Shown in pieces: positions 11,184 to 20,674 of a DNA stretch of 64,000 nt. A model generated the notes under the pieces. That model had not been told where the DNA came from, searched no databases, and saw only the letters and a list, made by a program, of their open reading frames with translations. A program made the translations under genes and the position numbers. The DNA is from Candidatus Poribacteria bacterium (GTDB lineage: Bacteria > Poribacteria > WGA-4E > WGA-3G), in the NCBI GenBank assembly GCA_007571305.1, contig RKRR01000078.1, positions 19 through 64,018 of the forward strand, written 5' to 3'. Every line of letters starts with the position of its first letter. The first letter of the stretch is position 1.

Positions 11184-12044
11184 ATGGTTTACGGACAAGG
11201 CACACATCAATATACTGTGCAAGAGAATTGGTGGACACTTCCAGACGGATGGGAGTTTGGGTGGGTCCCCGCTGTTGCTGTTGATTCACAAGATCGTGTC
11301 TATGTTTACAGTCGCAGCGAACATCCGATGGTTGTCTTCGATCGGGACGGCAATTTTATCGACTCTTGGGGCGATGACATTCTCAAGGACGCTCACGGGA
11401 TTTTCATCGATGACGACGATAATATTTATTGTACGGAACGTGACACGCACGTGGTGCGGAAGTTCACCACGGATGGTGAGCTCCTGATGACGCTCGGCAC
11501 GCCAGATGTACCCGGCGCGGAAGGCGAACCCTTCAATAAACCGACGGACTTGGCAATAGGACCCGATGGCGAAATGTACATCACTGATGGTTACGGCAAC
11601 GCTCGAGTCCACAAATACTCCCCCGAGGGTGAGTTAATTAAATCTTGGGGGCAGCCCGGTACAGGTCCCAGTGAGTTTGACCTCCCGCATTGTGTGAGAG
11701 TCGATCCGCGCAATAGGCTCATGGTTGCCGATAGAGAAAACAATCGCATCCAATTCTTTACCCTTGACGGTGAGTATATCGAGGAATGGAGTGGCTTGGC
11801 ACATCCAGATACGATCTACATCGACGAAGAGGAACTCGTCTATATCGCAGAGTTGGATCAACGTATTACAATCATGACATTGGATGGTGAGGTTGTCTCT
11901 CGATGGGGTAGCGAACGCGGCAGTTCCGTCCCTGGTGAATTTATGGCATGCCCGCACGGAATATGGTTAGATTCGCACGGCGATATGTACGTTGGCGAAG
12001 TTCAAGCAGACGCACGTCTTCAAAAATTCATTCGTCAAAGGTAG
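11184..12044 (+). CDS. NHL-repeat protein (peptidyl-alpha-hydroxyglycine lyase-like)
   Basis: NHL repeats FNKPTDLA..DG.MYITDGYGNARV, FDLPH, VADRENNRIQ. Confidence 0.88.
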   Translation: MVYGQGTHQYTVQENWWTLPDGWEFGWVPAVAVDSQDRVYVYSRSEHPMVVFDRDGNFIDSWGDDILKDAHGIFIDDDDNIYCTERDTHVVRKFTTDGELLMTLGTPDVPGAEGEPFNKPTDLAIGPDGEMYITDGYGNARVHKYSPEGELIKSWGQPGTGPSEFDLPHCVRVDPRNRLMVADRENNRIQFFTLDGEYIEEWSGLAHPDTIYIDEEELVYIAELDQRITIMTLDGEVVSRWGSERGSSVPGEFMACPHGIWLDSHGDMYVGEVQADARLQKFIRQR

Positions 12045-12057
12045 CAAGAGCAGCTTT

Positions 12058-12122
12058 TAGTTATCAGTTATCGGTTAAGAGGTTTGCGTTTAACAAAACC
12101 CTCTTGTAACTGATAACTGATA
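12058..12122. repeat. Heptamer (CAGTTAT)-flanked palindromic intergenic repeat; related copy at 19582-19642
   Basis: TAGTTATCAGTTATCGGTTAAGAGG...CCTCTTGTAACTGATAACTGATA is an inverted repeat. Confidence 0.65.
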
Positions 12123-12309
12123 AAAACTTTCTTGTCATCGACAGCCAATAATCCATAACCATTACGGGGTTTTCATCGATACTGACGATAATATCTTTAA
12201 AAAAAATTAGTAACCAATCCCAAGTCTGAAACGAAGTGGCAGGCGACTCCAGAGAGAAGTCTATTACATCCAAGGTCTACGGCGTTTCTCCACAAGGTAT
12301 CACTAAAAT

Positions 12310-13731
12310 ATGGCAGAAAGTTTCTCGTTTTTCCAGAAAGTGAATAAGGATTTTGACAGGGCTGCCCGATTCACTGACTATCCGCGCGGACTTTTGGAGC
12401 AGATAAAGATTTGTAATAGTTCATGCCATTTCACATTTCCGATAAAACGGGACGACGGGACTATCCAAACCATACACGGTTGGCGAGCGGAACACAGCCA
12501 TCATAAACTTCCAACGAAAGGTGGTATCCGTTACAGTACTCTCGTTAACGAAGACGAGATAATGGCACTTGCGGCATTGATGACCTACAAGTGCGCGCTT
12601 GTTGATGTGCCTTTCGGTGGTGCCAAAGGTGGCATTCAACTGGATAGACGCGAGTATTCCGAAAGCGAATTGGAGCGCATTACCCGCCGTTATACATACG
12701 AACTGATCCAGAAAAATTACATCGGACCCGGAGTAGATGTACCGGCACCGGATTTCGGGACTGGCGAGACTGAGATGGCGTGGATTCTGGATACCTATAT
12801 CACAATGGCACCTGACAAACTGAATGCGATCGCATGTGTAACGGGGAAGCCGATCGAACAAAACGGAATTCATGGACGGAAAGGTGCCACTGGACGCGGA
12901 GTCGTCTTCGGTCTACAGGAAGCATGCAGTTTTGCAGAGGATATGAAACCGCTTGGGCTATCCCCCGGTTTACACGGAAAAAGCATCATCATCCAAGGGT
13001 TTGGTAATGTCGGCTACCATGCTGCCAAGTTTCTGGTGGAGGCGGATGCTCGCGTCATTGGGGTTATTGAGCGAAATGGCGGCATCTATGATCCGCGGGG
13101 ATTTGATGTCGAAAAAGTCGCCGTGTACCTTGCGGAAACCGGCTCCCTCCGCGGGTACCCGGGTGCTGAACTCATTGAGAATCCGAGTGATGGGCTGGAA
13201 TTAGCATGTGATATTCTAATCCCCGCTGCGCTTGAAAATCAACTCACAGCAGAAAACGCACCCGGAATCAAAGCCGCTATTGTCGCTGAAGCTGCGAATG
13301 GTCCCACAACACTCACTGCTGATGAAATTCTCCAAAAACGAGGGACTATGATTATACCGGACACTTTCCTCAACGCAGGCGGTGTTGCTGTTTCCTATTT
13401 CGAGTGGCTTCGAAATCTATCACATGTACAATTGGGGAGACTCGGCAAACGTTTTGAAGACCAAACCCGACACGCGATGCGTCATGCGATTGAGAAAGCG
13501 ACTGGCTATAAATTCTCAGAAGATGAACTTGGGTTGATACACGGTGCCGATGAGGAGGACCTCGTGAACTCTGGACTCCAAGATACAATGATAACTGCCT
13601 ATCAAGAGATACGCGAAACCCGCATGAAGTACAGCAGTGAAAACGGTCCTGTGGATTACCGAACCGCGGCATTTATCAATGCCATTCATAGGATCGCACA
13701 GTCCTATATACAAATGGGTATTTTCCCATAG
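12310..13731 (+). CDS. gdhA: Glutamate dehydrogenase (Glu/Leu/Phe/Val family)
   Basis: KGGIRY, PFGGAKGG, DVPAPD, QGFGNVG, EAANGP, NAGGV.VSYFEW. Confidence 0.93.
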   Translation: MAESFSFFQKVNKDFDRAARFTDYPRGLLEQIKICNSSCHFTFPIKRDDGTIQTIHGWRAEHSHHKLPTKGGIRYSTLVNEDEIMALAALMTYKCALVDVPFGGAKGGIQLDRREYSESELERITRRYTYELIQKNYIGPGVDVPAPDFGTGETEMAWILDTYITMAPDKLNAIACVTGKPIEQNGIHGRKGATGRGVVFGLQEACSFAEDMKPLGLSPGLHGKSIIIQGFGNVGYHAAKFLVEADARVIGVIERNGGIYDPRGFDVEKVAVYLAETGSLRGYPGAELIENPSDGLELACDILIPAALENQLTAENAPGIKAAIVAEAANGPTTLTADEILQKRGTMIIPDTFLNAGGVAVSYFEWLRNLSHVQLGRLGKRFEDQTRHAMRHAIEKATGYKFSEDELGLIHGADEEDLVNSGLQDTMITAYQEIRETRMKYSSENGPVDYRTAAFINAIHRIAQSYIQMGIFP

Positions 13732-13960
13732 TTTAGAAAGAGATAAGGTTAAGAAACCCCGCCGGGGCCGTTTGTTGGATGTTACGGGTTGGATTGTCTA
13801 CAGCGTGTCTTGTAGATAACTTGAACGTATTGTCCCATCAGAATTTCTGCTCATCACAGAACTTCTAAATCCCCTTATCAGAGGGCTGGCAGACATGCAA
13901 AATAAAGAATCTCTTTAGAGTAGGCAAATTAATGTTTATGAAATCAGCTCTATATCTTTC

Positions 13961-14079
13961 AGGACTTACGCATGCTGCTCTTTTGTAGCAGAACCTGTTA
14001 GGTTGTGCCACGAGAACACCTGTGTTTTTTGGGTTTTGCCTCTCATAAAACGTACTATGGTCAAAATTGCGTAAGTCCT
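13961..14079. mobile_element. MITE family B (TIR AGGACTTACGCA) with internal GTAG-REP hairpin
   Basis: Terminal inverted repeats AGGACTTACGCA/TGCGTAAGTCCT; inverted homolog at 57812-57930. Confidence 0.8.
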
Positions 14080-14126
14080 GTCTTTCTAAAATTTACCACT
14101 AAAAACAACAAAAAGGAACATAAAAG

Positions 14127-14879
14127 ATGATTTGTCTCAGTGTGAATGTAAATAAAATCGCAACACTGCGGAATTCGCGAGGGGGTGATGTTCCGGATGT
14201 CCTCACCGCTGTTGACACCTGCATTGCCGCTGGTGCCCAAGGTATTACTGTGCATCCGCGTGAGGATCAACGTCATATCAGACCTACAGATGTGCAAGAC
14301 ATCGCCGAACGGTTAATGGAAATCAATACGCAAAAAAGACCCAATATTGAATATAACATTGAAGGCGATCCGAGACCGGATCTTATTGATATGGTGCTAC
14401 GCACAAAACCGACGCAATGCACGCTCGTCCCTGTTGTCACGGGTGAGATAACGAGCCACACCGTCTGGGATATTCGCAAAGATGGCGATATGTTGAAACC
14501 GATCATCGCTGCGTTGAAAAACGCGGACATCCGTGTGAGTCTATTTAGTGGAACCGATGTGGAACAGATAGCAAGAACGCATGACATCGGCGCAGACAGA
14601 ATTGAATTATATACTGCCCCTTATGCGATGGCACAGACGAAGCCAGAGATCGAAGGCGAGTTCGCACTGCTGGAAAACGCTGCGGTGAAAGCAGTGGATT
14701 TAGGGCTTGGTGTCAACGCAGGACACGATCTCGATCTTGAAAATTTACCATTGATGCAGAAATTAACGGGACTCCTTGAAGTTTCGATTGGGCATCATTT
14801 GATGGCAGACGCGCTCTATATCGGATTGGAAGCCGCCGTCAAAGCCTATAGACGTGCATTGGGGCAGCAGACGACATGA
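14127..14879 (+). CDS. pdxJ: Pyridoxine 5'-phosphate synthase
   Basis: VNVNKIATLRNSRG, ITVHPREDQRHI, IELYT, NAGHDL, EVSIGH. Confidence 0.95.
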   Translation: MICLSVNVNKIATLRNSRGGDVPDVLTAVDTCIAAGAQGITVHPREDQRHIRPTDVQDIAERLMEINTQKRPNIEYNIEGDPRPDLIDMVLRTKPTQCTLVPVVTGEITSHTVWDIRKDGDMLKPIIAALKNADIRVSLFSGTDVEQIARTHDIGADRIELYTAPYAMAQTKPEIEGEFALLENAAVKAVDLGLGVNAGHDLDLENLPLMQKLTGLLEVSIGHHLMADALYIGLEAAVKAYRRALGQQTT

Positions 14880-15517
14880 CAGAATCCAAAACATGTGCCA
14901 TCTTCGACTTAGATGGCACAATCATCCGTCTCTCCTCAGAGCAGGTTTTTCTGACGTATCTGCTGAACCACGGTGAGATCCCTATACCGAATTTGCTTGC
15001 ATGGACATCCAATTTTCTGAGGGTTAAGTCTCTGCCAGTAGCAAAATCTAACAAAATTTACCTCCGCGGTTTAGAAGAAGATCGCATCCATGAGATTGCA
15101 CGCCGCTGTTTTGTTGACCCGTTGCGTCCGAGTATCGCACCCCACATTTCTGATTTGATCCATGCCCACCGCGCCGAAGGCCGAACAGTCATTCTCATGT
15201 CGGGTTCGTTGTCGTTCCTCGTCCATCCATTTCATGAGCATTTTCAAACCGATATGATGGTCGCTCACGAATTGGAGGTGGTCGATGGAAGGTTCACAGG
15301 AAAACGCATCGGACTGCATCCTTTCGCAGAAAACAAAGCGAAACTTACCCAACAACTCGTAACTGAACACGGTTTTGACCTGAGTGCTTCTTATGCATAC
15401 GGCAATCACCACACGGATGCATACAAACTGGAATTGTTCGGACATCCTGTTGCCGTCAACCCAGACCAACAACTCAGGCGCATTGCGATGGAAAAGGGCT
15501 GGCAAATAGAACAATGA
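14876..15517 (+). CDS. HAD-IB family hydrolase
   Basis: FDLDGT motif I; SYAYGN...D...L...GHPVAVNPD. Confidence 0.9.
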   Translation: MTESKTCAIFDLDGTIIRLSSEQVFLTYLLNHGEIPIPNLLAWTSNFLRVKSLPVAKSNKIYLRGLEEDRIHEIARRCFVDPLRPSIAPHISDLIHAHRAEGRTVILMSGSLSFLVHPFHEHFQTDMMVAHELEVVDGRFTGKRIGLHPFAENKAKLTQQLVTEHGFDLSASYAYGNHHTDAYKLELFGHPVAVNPDQQLRRIAMEKGWQIEQ

Positions 15518-16098
15518 TTCAATCTACTACGGTTATTGTCGAAACCGACCGTTTGGTCGTTAGGCTGCTCCGCCATTCCGATGTAGATGCAATGAATCGT
15601 GTCTTTGGAGATCCGGAAGTGATGCGCTTTGGAAACGGCGTTCAGACCTCTGAATGGGTGCGTAATTGGCTCTGTTGCTGTCTTGCGAATTATCAGGAGA
15701 AGTCAGGAGTCGGACCGTGGGCAGTAATTGAAAAAAGCAGCGCAGAAGTGATTGGCTACTGTGGTATGTTTTACTTTTCCAATGTGTGTGGGCAACCGGA
15801 AACGGAGATCGGTTATCGATTGGCGCGTTCATATTGGGGACGCGGTTATGCAACCGAAGCCGCACGTGCAGTGCTCAATTATGCGTTTAACATTTTGCGT
15901 TTGCCGCGGTTGATTTCGATAATTGATCCATTCAACGTTCGCTCAATCCGTGTCGCTGAGAAACTCGGCATGCGTTACGAAAAAGATGTCATGTTTGAAG
16001 GATACACGCATCCAGACAACGTCTACGCAATTGAATATGGAAAAGTTGAGGAAACAGAGGACTGTGAAGGAATCAACACCGAAGACGACACGACTTGA
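15514..16098 (+). CDS. GNAT N-acetyltransferase (RimJ/RimL-like)
   Basis: ETDRL.VR, EIGYRL...YWGRGYATEAA, N..SIRVAEKLGM. Confidence 0.9.
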   Translation: MIQSTTVIVETDRLVVRLLRHSDVDAMNRVFGDPEVMRFGNGVQTSEWVRNWLCCCLANYQEKSGVGPWAVIEKSSAEVIGYCGMFYFSNVCGQPETEIGYRLARSYWGRGYATEAARAVLNYAFNILRLPRLISIIDPFNVRSIRVAEKLGMRYEKDVMFEGYTHPDNVYAIEYGKVEETEDCEGINTEDDTT

Positions 16099-16798
16099 AA
16101 AGTATATTGCTACCTCAGGAATTGCCTCTCGGAGGGCTGTGAAAAAGAGCATCCGAGCCGGTGTAGTCACTGTCAACGGCGAGTCGATTTTGGTTCCGGG
16201 ACACCCGATTAATGTGGAAATGGATACTGTTGAATTCGAGGGGAAACGGGTTGAACCCTTAGTTGAACACATCTATCTAATGCTGAACAAACCCGCGGGC
16301 TACCTAACGACGCGCCGCGATGAACGCAGACGACCTACCGTCATGGATCTCGTCGCAGAGCTACCCGATACCATCTATCCTGTCGGACGCTTGGACTTGG
16401 AAACCGAGGGGCTTCTTCTTTTTACAAACGATGGAGACTTTGCTTACCGGTTGCTACATCCGAGCCATGAAGTAGAGAAGACTTATCTCGTGTGGGCGAA
16501 GGGTGTGTCGGACGACGACGCGATTCAACGGTTGCGCCAAGGTGTTATGATTCCGAGCGGCACGACGGCACCAGCGAAGGTCAAACGTTTAAGAGTCAAT
16601 AAAGATGGAGCGACAACGAAATTTGAGGTCGTAATTCACGAGGGGAAGAAACGGCAGGTACGTTTAATGTTTAAAGCCGTGGGGCACCCGGTAATCCGTT
16701 TGAAACGGGTCCAAATCGGTAATTTGGAGTTAGGCAATCTTCCGTCTGGAGAGTATAGATTTCTAACCTCAGCGGAGATATCTGAGTTGATGCGGTAG
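16064..16798 (+). CDS. rRNA pseudouridine synthase (RsuA/RluB family)
   Basis: S4 domain RLEKYIA.SG.ASRR; NKPAG, GRLD, EGKKRQVR; GTG start inferred. Confidence 0.92.
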   Translation: MKESTPKTTRLEKYIATSGIASRRAVKKSIRAGVVTVNGESILVPGHPINVEMDTVEFEGKRVEPLVEHIYLMLNKPAGYLTTRRDERRRPTVMDLVAELPDTIYPVGRLDLETEGLLLFTNDGDFAYRLLHPSHEVEKTYLVWAKGVSDDDAIQRLRQGVMIPSGTTAPAKVKRLRVNKDGATTKFEVVIHEGKKRQVRLMFKAVGHPVIRLKRVQIGNLELGNLPSGEYRFLTSAEISELMR

Positions 16799-16830
16799 GC
16801 GCGATTTCTAACCGCGCCTACCGGAGATTG

Positions 16831-17748
16831 TCAGTTTGAACTCGCCAAATCTTTGACCCGTTCCAGCATTGCTTCGGCGTTCTGTCTTATGTTCTTGTCT
16901 TTAGCATGGTGGGATAACTTCTCGAGTGCCGCGATCGCATCTTCATAATTCCCTTTGATGGCATACGTTACGCCGAGATAGTATTGTGCGGGTTCATAGG
17001 CTTTGCTCTCTGGGTACACGTCTATGACGGTTTTGAAGTGAGAGACAGCCTTTTCAAAGTGCGTTTCCGCTTCTTCACTGTTCTCAAGCATAGCCCCTTC
17101 AACGAGCGCACCGTAAGCGAGTCCCAATTGGTTGTGCAGGTTCGGGATGAGCTTCGTGCGGTTTTTTGAATCATGTTCAAACGCTTTTTTACTGAACAAA
17201 ACTGCTTCTTTAAGCTGCATCCGTTCGAGGTAGGTAAGCGCGACTTGAGCGTTGAGTTTGGCATCATCCGATTTCCCCTTCAATTTTTCCAATCTCTCTT
17301 GAAATTCTGCCTCTTTTTTTAAGGCATCTTCCATAATTGGTGAAAATTGATCCGGTGTGAGAAATCCTGAAGCCCTTTGGATAAGCCCCCCATCCGGACT
17401 GACGAACAGGACTGCCGGGTAAGCAGTGACACCATACCGACTCCGCGTCTCTTCATTGATTGGACGTTCCTTATCCTCTGGGTTCACCTTGACAGGAACA
17501 AACTTTTCAGAAAGCTCGATAATGTGTGCATCCGTAAACGTTTCGGCATCCAGCCGCTTACAGAACCCTCACCAGTCCGTGTAGAAGTCCATCATCATCG
17601 GTTTGCCGGTCGTCTTGGCTTCTGACATACTCTCTTCGATCGACTTACTCCATTGGACTTCTTCGCTCGCGATGAGTGTCGGGACTGTGCCTACCATCAG
17701 CAGTAGGACACCGAATGACATGCGCCGAAAAACAGAATTGAACATCAT
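16831..17748 (-). CDS. Secreted thioredoxin-fold/TPR selenoprotein (UxxC; in-frame TGA at 17569-17571)
   Basis: Reads MMMDFYTDW-TGA-GFCKRLDAETF...FVPVKVNPED in frame with ORF 16831..17487; YGVTAYP cis-Pro loop; C-terminal TPRs; signal peptide. Confidence 0.88.
17531..17564 (-). promoter_or_regulatory. Putative bacterial SECIS element
   Basis: Starts 4 nt after UGA: TCTGTAAG pairs with TTTACGGA; upper stem CGGC/GCCG closes loop TGGAT. Confidence 0.7.
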
Positions 17749-17767
17749 TCTTCTCCTTTTTTGTTTA

Positions 17768-17894
17768 TAGTAGATTCCATAATTACTTGGACACTTGTAG
17801 CGTCGTGTGAACGCTGAAGTTATCTGTTCTGATGGCACAGGGAACCAACAGTTTCCTATGCTACAAGTGCGAACTTATTTTTGGATTTTACCTA
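17768..17894. mobile_element. MITE family C (IS630-like TIRs TAGTAGATTCC...GACAC) with internal REP
   Basis: Homologous to 20497-20617 and 61313-61433; TA at the left end. Confidence 0.8.
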
Positions 17895-18092
17895 TTGTTC
17901 GGTTGGAGTCTCTTCTCCGCTCTGCTCAAGTGCAGCTGCACTGGTTGTTTTGCTCGACAACGTTGTCCGACACTTGAAACAGGTAATCGTAATTCTGACG
18001 AGCTCTTTCTGTCTGCCAACATAGGATCGCTTCTGCTCTGTTTGTACGTGCCTTTTGCAGCGAGGACACCACTGTTGTTTTGCTCCTAACAT
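17892..18092 (-). CDS. Small zinc-ribbon protein (66 aa)
   Basis: CPRC...CFKC; AAGGAGAG RBS before MLGAKQQW. Confidence 0.7.
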   Translation of the reverse strand: MLGAKQQWCPRCKRHVQTEQKRSYVGRQKELVRITITCFKCRTTLSSKTTSAAALEQSGEETPTEQ

Positions 18093-18188
18093 GATTCTCT
18101 CCTTTGTGATGTTGTGTTCAGAACCAATGCCCTCTGCTCGCATGCAGAAAATGGACACACCTGATTACGATAAAAGTTTCAATTTTAT

Positions 18189-19577
18189 TTACTTTCCGAC
18201 ACAGAACTGAGAGAAGATTCTATCCAAAATATCTTCTGTTGTCGTTTTACCGACGATGTCTCCGAGACCGTCCAAACTGATTCGCAGATCGACAGCGACG
18301 AGATCAGGAGGCATCCCGTTTTCGAGACTCTCTATCGCATAATGGAGCCCTTCGCCCGCGCGTCGGAGTGCTCCTTGGTGACGAGCGTTTGTCACAATCG
18401 GCGATTCACCGACGACCAATTCACCGCCAAGCAATTCCTCACAGATTACAGATTTCAGGGCATCAAGTCCTTTGCCCTCAGGAATCGCTGTCTCGACAAC
18501 CTGCTTTTTAGGACAGTGCACAAGCAACGTCGTTGACGGTGTTACGATAGGTAGATCCACCTTGTTAAGGATAAGAATTCCATCGGCTGATTGTGCTATT
18601 TGTAAGAGTTCGAGGTCTGCTTCGTTCAATGGTTGCGAGGCATCGAACATTAATAGTAATAATTCTGCCCTGTCAAGCACCGCTTTGCTCCGTTCAACAC
18701 CTTGCTGCTCTACAATATCATCTGTGTGTCGAATCCCAGCGGTATCAATGAGTTTCAACGGGATGCCGTTGACGTTAATCGTTTCCTCAATTGTATCACG
18801 TGTCGTGCCGGGTATGTCTGTAACGATTGCGCGTGTAGTTCCAACGAGCGCATTGAGCAAACTTGATTTTCCGACGTTCGGTCTACCCAATATAGCGACA
18901 TTGACACCTTCTGTGATAATTCTCCCTTCCTTAGCAGTGTCGATCAGTGCTTTTAAGTCTATCTGAACAGCACGTGCCGTGTCGAGTTGAGTCTCCACCT
19001 TCATGAAATCCAGATCTTCCTCGGGAAAGTCGATGGATGCCTCAATCTCTGCCAGTAAGTCAGCGAGTCGGTCGCTCAGGGAGTTTACAGTATCAGAGAG
19101 TTTTCCAGCGAGTGCCTCTATAGCGATTTTTCGGCTGAGATCTGTTTTTGAGGCGATGAGTTCGGCAACTGCTTCCGCTTGTGCTAAATCCAGTCTTCCG
19201 TTGAGGAAGGCACGTTTTGTAAATTCTCCCGGTTCCGCGACCCGCGCCCCGTTCTTGACTAGCAAGTCTAACACTGTTGTGAGTATCATCGGACCGCCGT
19301 GGCAGTTAAATTCTACGATGTCTTCACCGGTATATGTCTTCGGTGCGTGCATGATACCGAGTAACACTTCGTCGATGATTTCACCAGAGACATCTGTATC
19401 CACGAGGTGTCCGTATGTAAGCGTATGCGTTGACAGTTCCGTGGGAGACACGCCGCGCTGCGATCGGAACAACGCAGAGGCAATTGGTAGGGCAAGGTCA
19501 CCACTCACTCGAACGATGCCGATGCCAGCTTCACCCCGTGCTGTTGCGATGGCTGCGATCGTATCGTGGAACTTCAT
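18189..19577 (-). CDS. mnmE: tRNA modification GTPase MnmE
   Basis: DTIAAIAT, GRPNVGKSS, PGTTRD, DTAG, NKVD, C-terminal FCVGK. Confidence 0.97.
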   Translation of the reverse strand: MKFHDTIAAIATARGEAGIGIVRVSGDLALPIASALFRSQRGVSPTELSTHTLTYGHLVDTDVSGEIIDEVLLGIMHAPKTYTGEDIVEFNCHGGPMILTTVLDLLVKNGARVAEPGEFTKRAFLNGRLDLAQAEAVAELIASKTDLSRKIAIEALAGKLSDTVNSLSDRLADLLAEIEASIDFPEEDLDFMKVETQLDTARAVQIDLKALIDTAKEGRIITEGVNVAILGRPNVGKSSLLNALVGTTRAIVTDIPGTTRDTIEETINVNGIPLKLIDTAGIRHTDDIVEQQGVERSKAVLDRAELLLLMFDASQPLNEADLELLQIAQSADGILILNKVDLPIVTPSTTLLVHCPKKQVVETAIPEGKGLDALKSVICEELLGGELVVGESPIVTNARHQGALRRAGEGLHYAIESLENGMPPDLVAVDLRISLDGLGDIVGKTTTEDILDRIFSQFCVGK

Positions 19578-19649
19578 AGAATAGTTATCGGTAGCCGGTT
19601 TTCAGTTAAGGGGTTTCGTTGAACAAAGCCCTTGTAACTGACATCCCTT

Positions 19650-20273
19650 TTAAGGGTGCTGCGTTGTGACGACGACACGTCGCATTTCACCTTCGCCTTG
19701 GCTATAGGTAGACACGACTGCGTCCCCTTTTAAGACGACATGAATGATACGCCGATCGCGTGCGGACATTGGTGGGAGGATGACTTCCCGGTCGGTATAT
19801 CTGACCTTTTCAGCGACTTGGTGTGCCATTTCGATGAGTCGTTCTTCTCGGCGTTCTCGATAGCCTTCTGTGTTGACGAAAACGCGTCTTTTTACTAGCG
19901 AGGCTCTGTTGACGATACAATTAAGCAAACGTTCTATTGCATCGAGGGTCTGCCCGTGTTTCCCGATGAGCAGTGCGGGGTTGTCAGTAACGATATTGAG
20001 GTGTGTGCTTCCATCAACAAAGTTTGATTCGACCTCTGCATCAATCCCCATCCGGCTGAGTATCTCTTTTAGAATTGTCTCCGGTGCGGAAGAGACATCT
20101 TGTTTGAGCGTTGCGCGGATTTTCGCCGGTTTCGCACCGAAGTTCAAAATTCCCTTCGTAGGTTCGTTGACAATGTCAATGGTGACCTGATCCCGAGTTG
20201 CCTCGAGTTCCGTGAGCGCGTGCTCAATTGCTTCCTCCACTGTATCGCCTTCGGTTTCAATGTAGTGCTGCAC
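19650..20273 (-). CDS. jag: Jag/EloR (KhpB) RNA-binding protein
   Basis: Jag_N, KH (LIGKHGQTL) and R3H (RRIIH) domains; lies between yidC and mnmE. Confidence 0.93.
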   Translation of the reverse strand: MQHYIETEGDTVEEAIEHALTELEATRDQVTIDIVNEPTKGILNFGAKPAKIRATLKQDVSSAPETILKEILSRMGIDAEVESNFVDGSTHLNIVTDNPALLIGKHGQTLDAIERLLNCIVNRASLVKRRVFVNTEGYRERREERLIEMAHQVAEKVRYTDREVILPPMSARDRRIIHVVLKGDAVVSTYSQGEGEMRRVVVTTQHP

Positions 20274-20387
20274 AGGTTAGTATCCTCTTTTTAATTCTAC
20301 CTTGCGGTTCGGTCAAGTGGTTAATGATTTCACGTGCCTTACCTATATCCATCTGCCCCATTGTTGCAGGCGGCATTCTCGTTAAAA

Positions 20388-20666
20388 TAACGCAAGTTGC
20401 TACTCACAATATTTTACGCATCCCGTCCCATTTTTCACTGAAACGGTCCATGATTCGGAGGCATTTCGTAGCATGGGCTGTTAGCCTGTGTATTTATAGT
20501 GAAGTCCGAAAATAAGTTGACACTTGTAGCATAGGAAACTGTTGGTTTCCTGTGCATCAGATAATTTCAGAGTTCCACACGACGATATGAGCGTATAAGT
20601 AATTACGGAATCTACTCTAAGATGCACAACCTAACAGGTTATGCTACAAACTGACAACTTGGGTTA
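20388..20666. mobile_element. MITE family A (TIR TAACCCAAGTTG) with a nested family C MITE at 20497-20617
   Basis: TAACGCAAGTTGC...CAACTTGGGTTA ends; paired REP hairpins interrupted by the family C copy. Confidence 0.78.
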
Positions 20667-20674
20667 AAATAGTT

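Noticed and set aside
17569-17838. Separate 89-aa and 218-aa ORFs, or a pseudogene
   Set aside because: Better explained as one selenoprotein; the upstream extension to 17838 runs into a MITE
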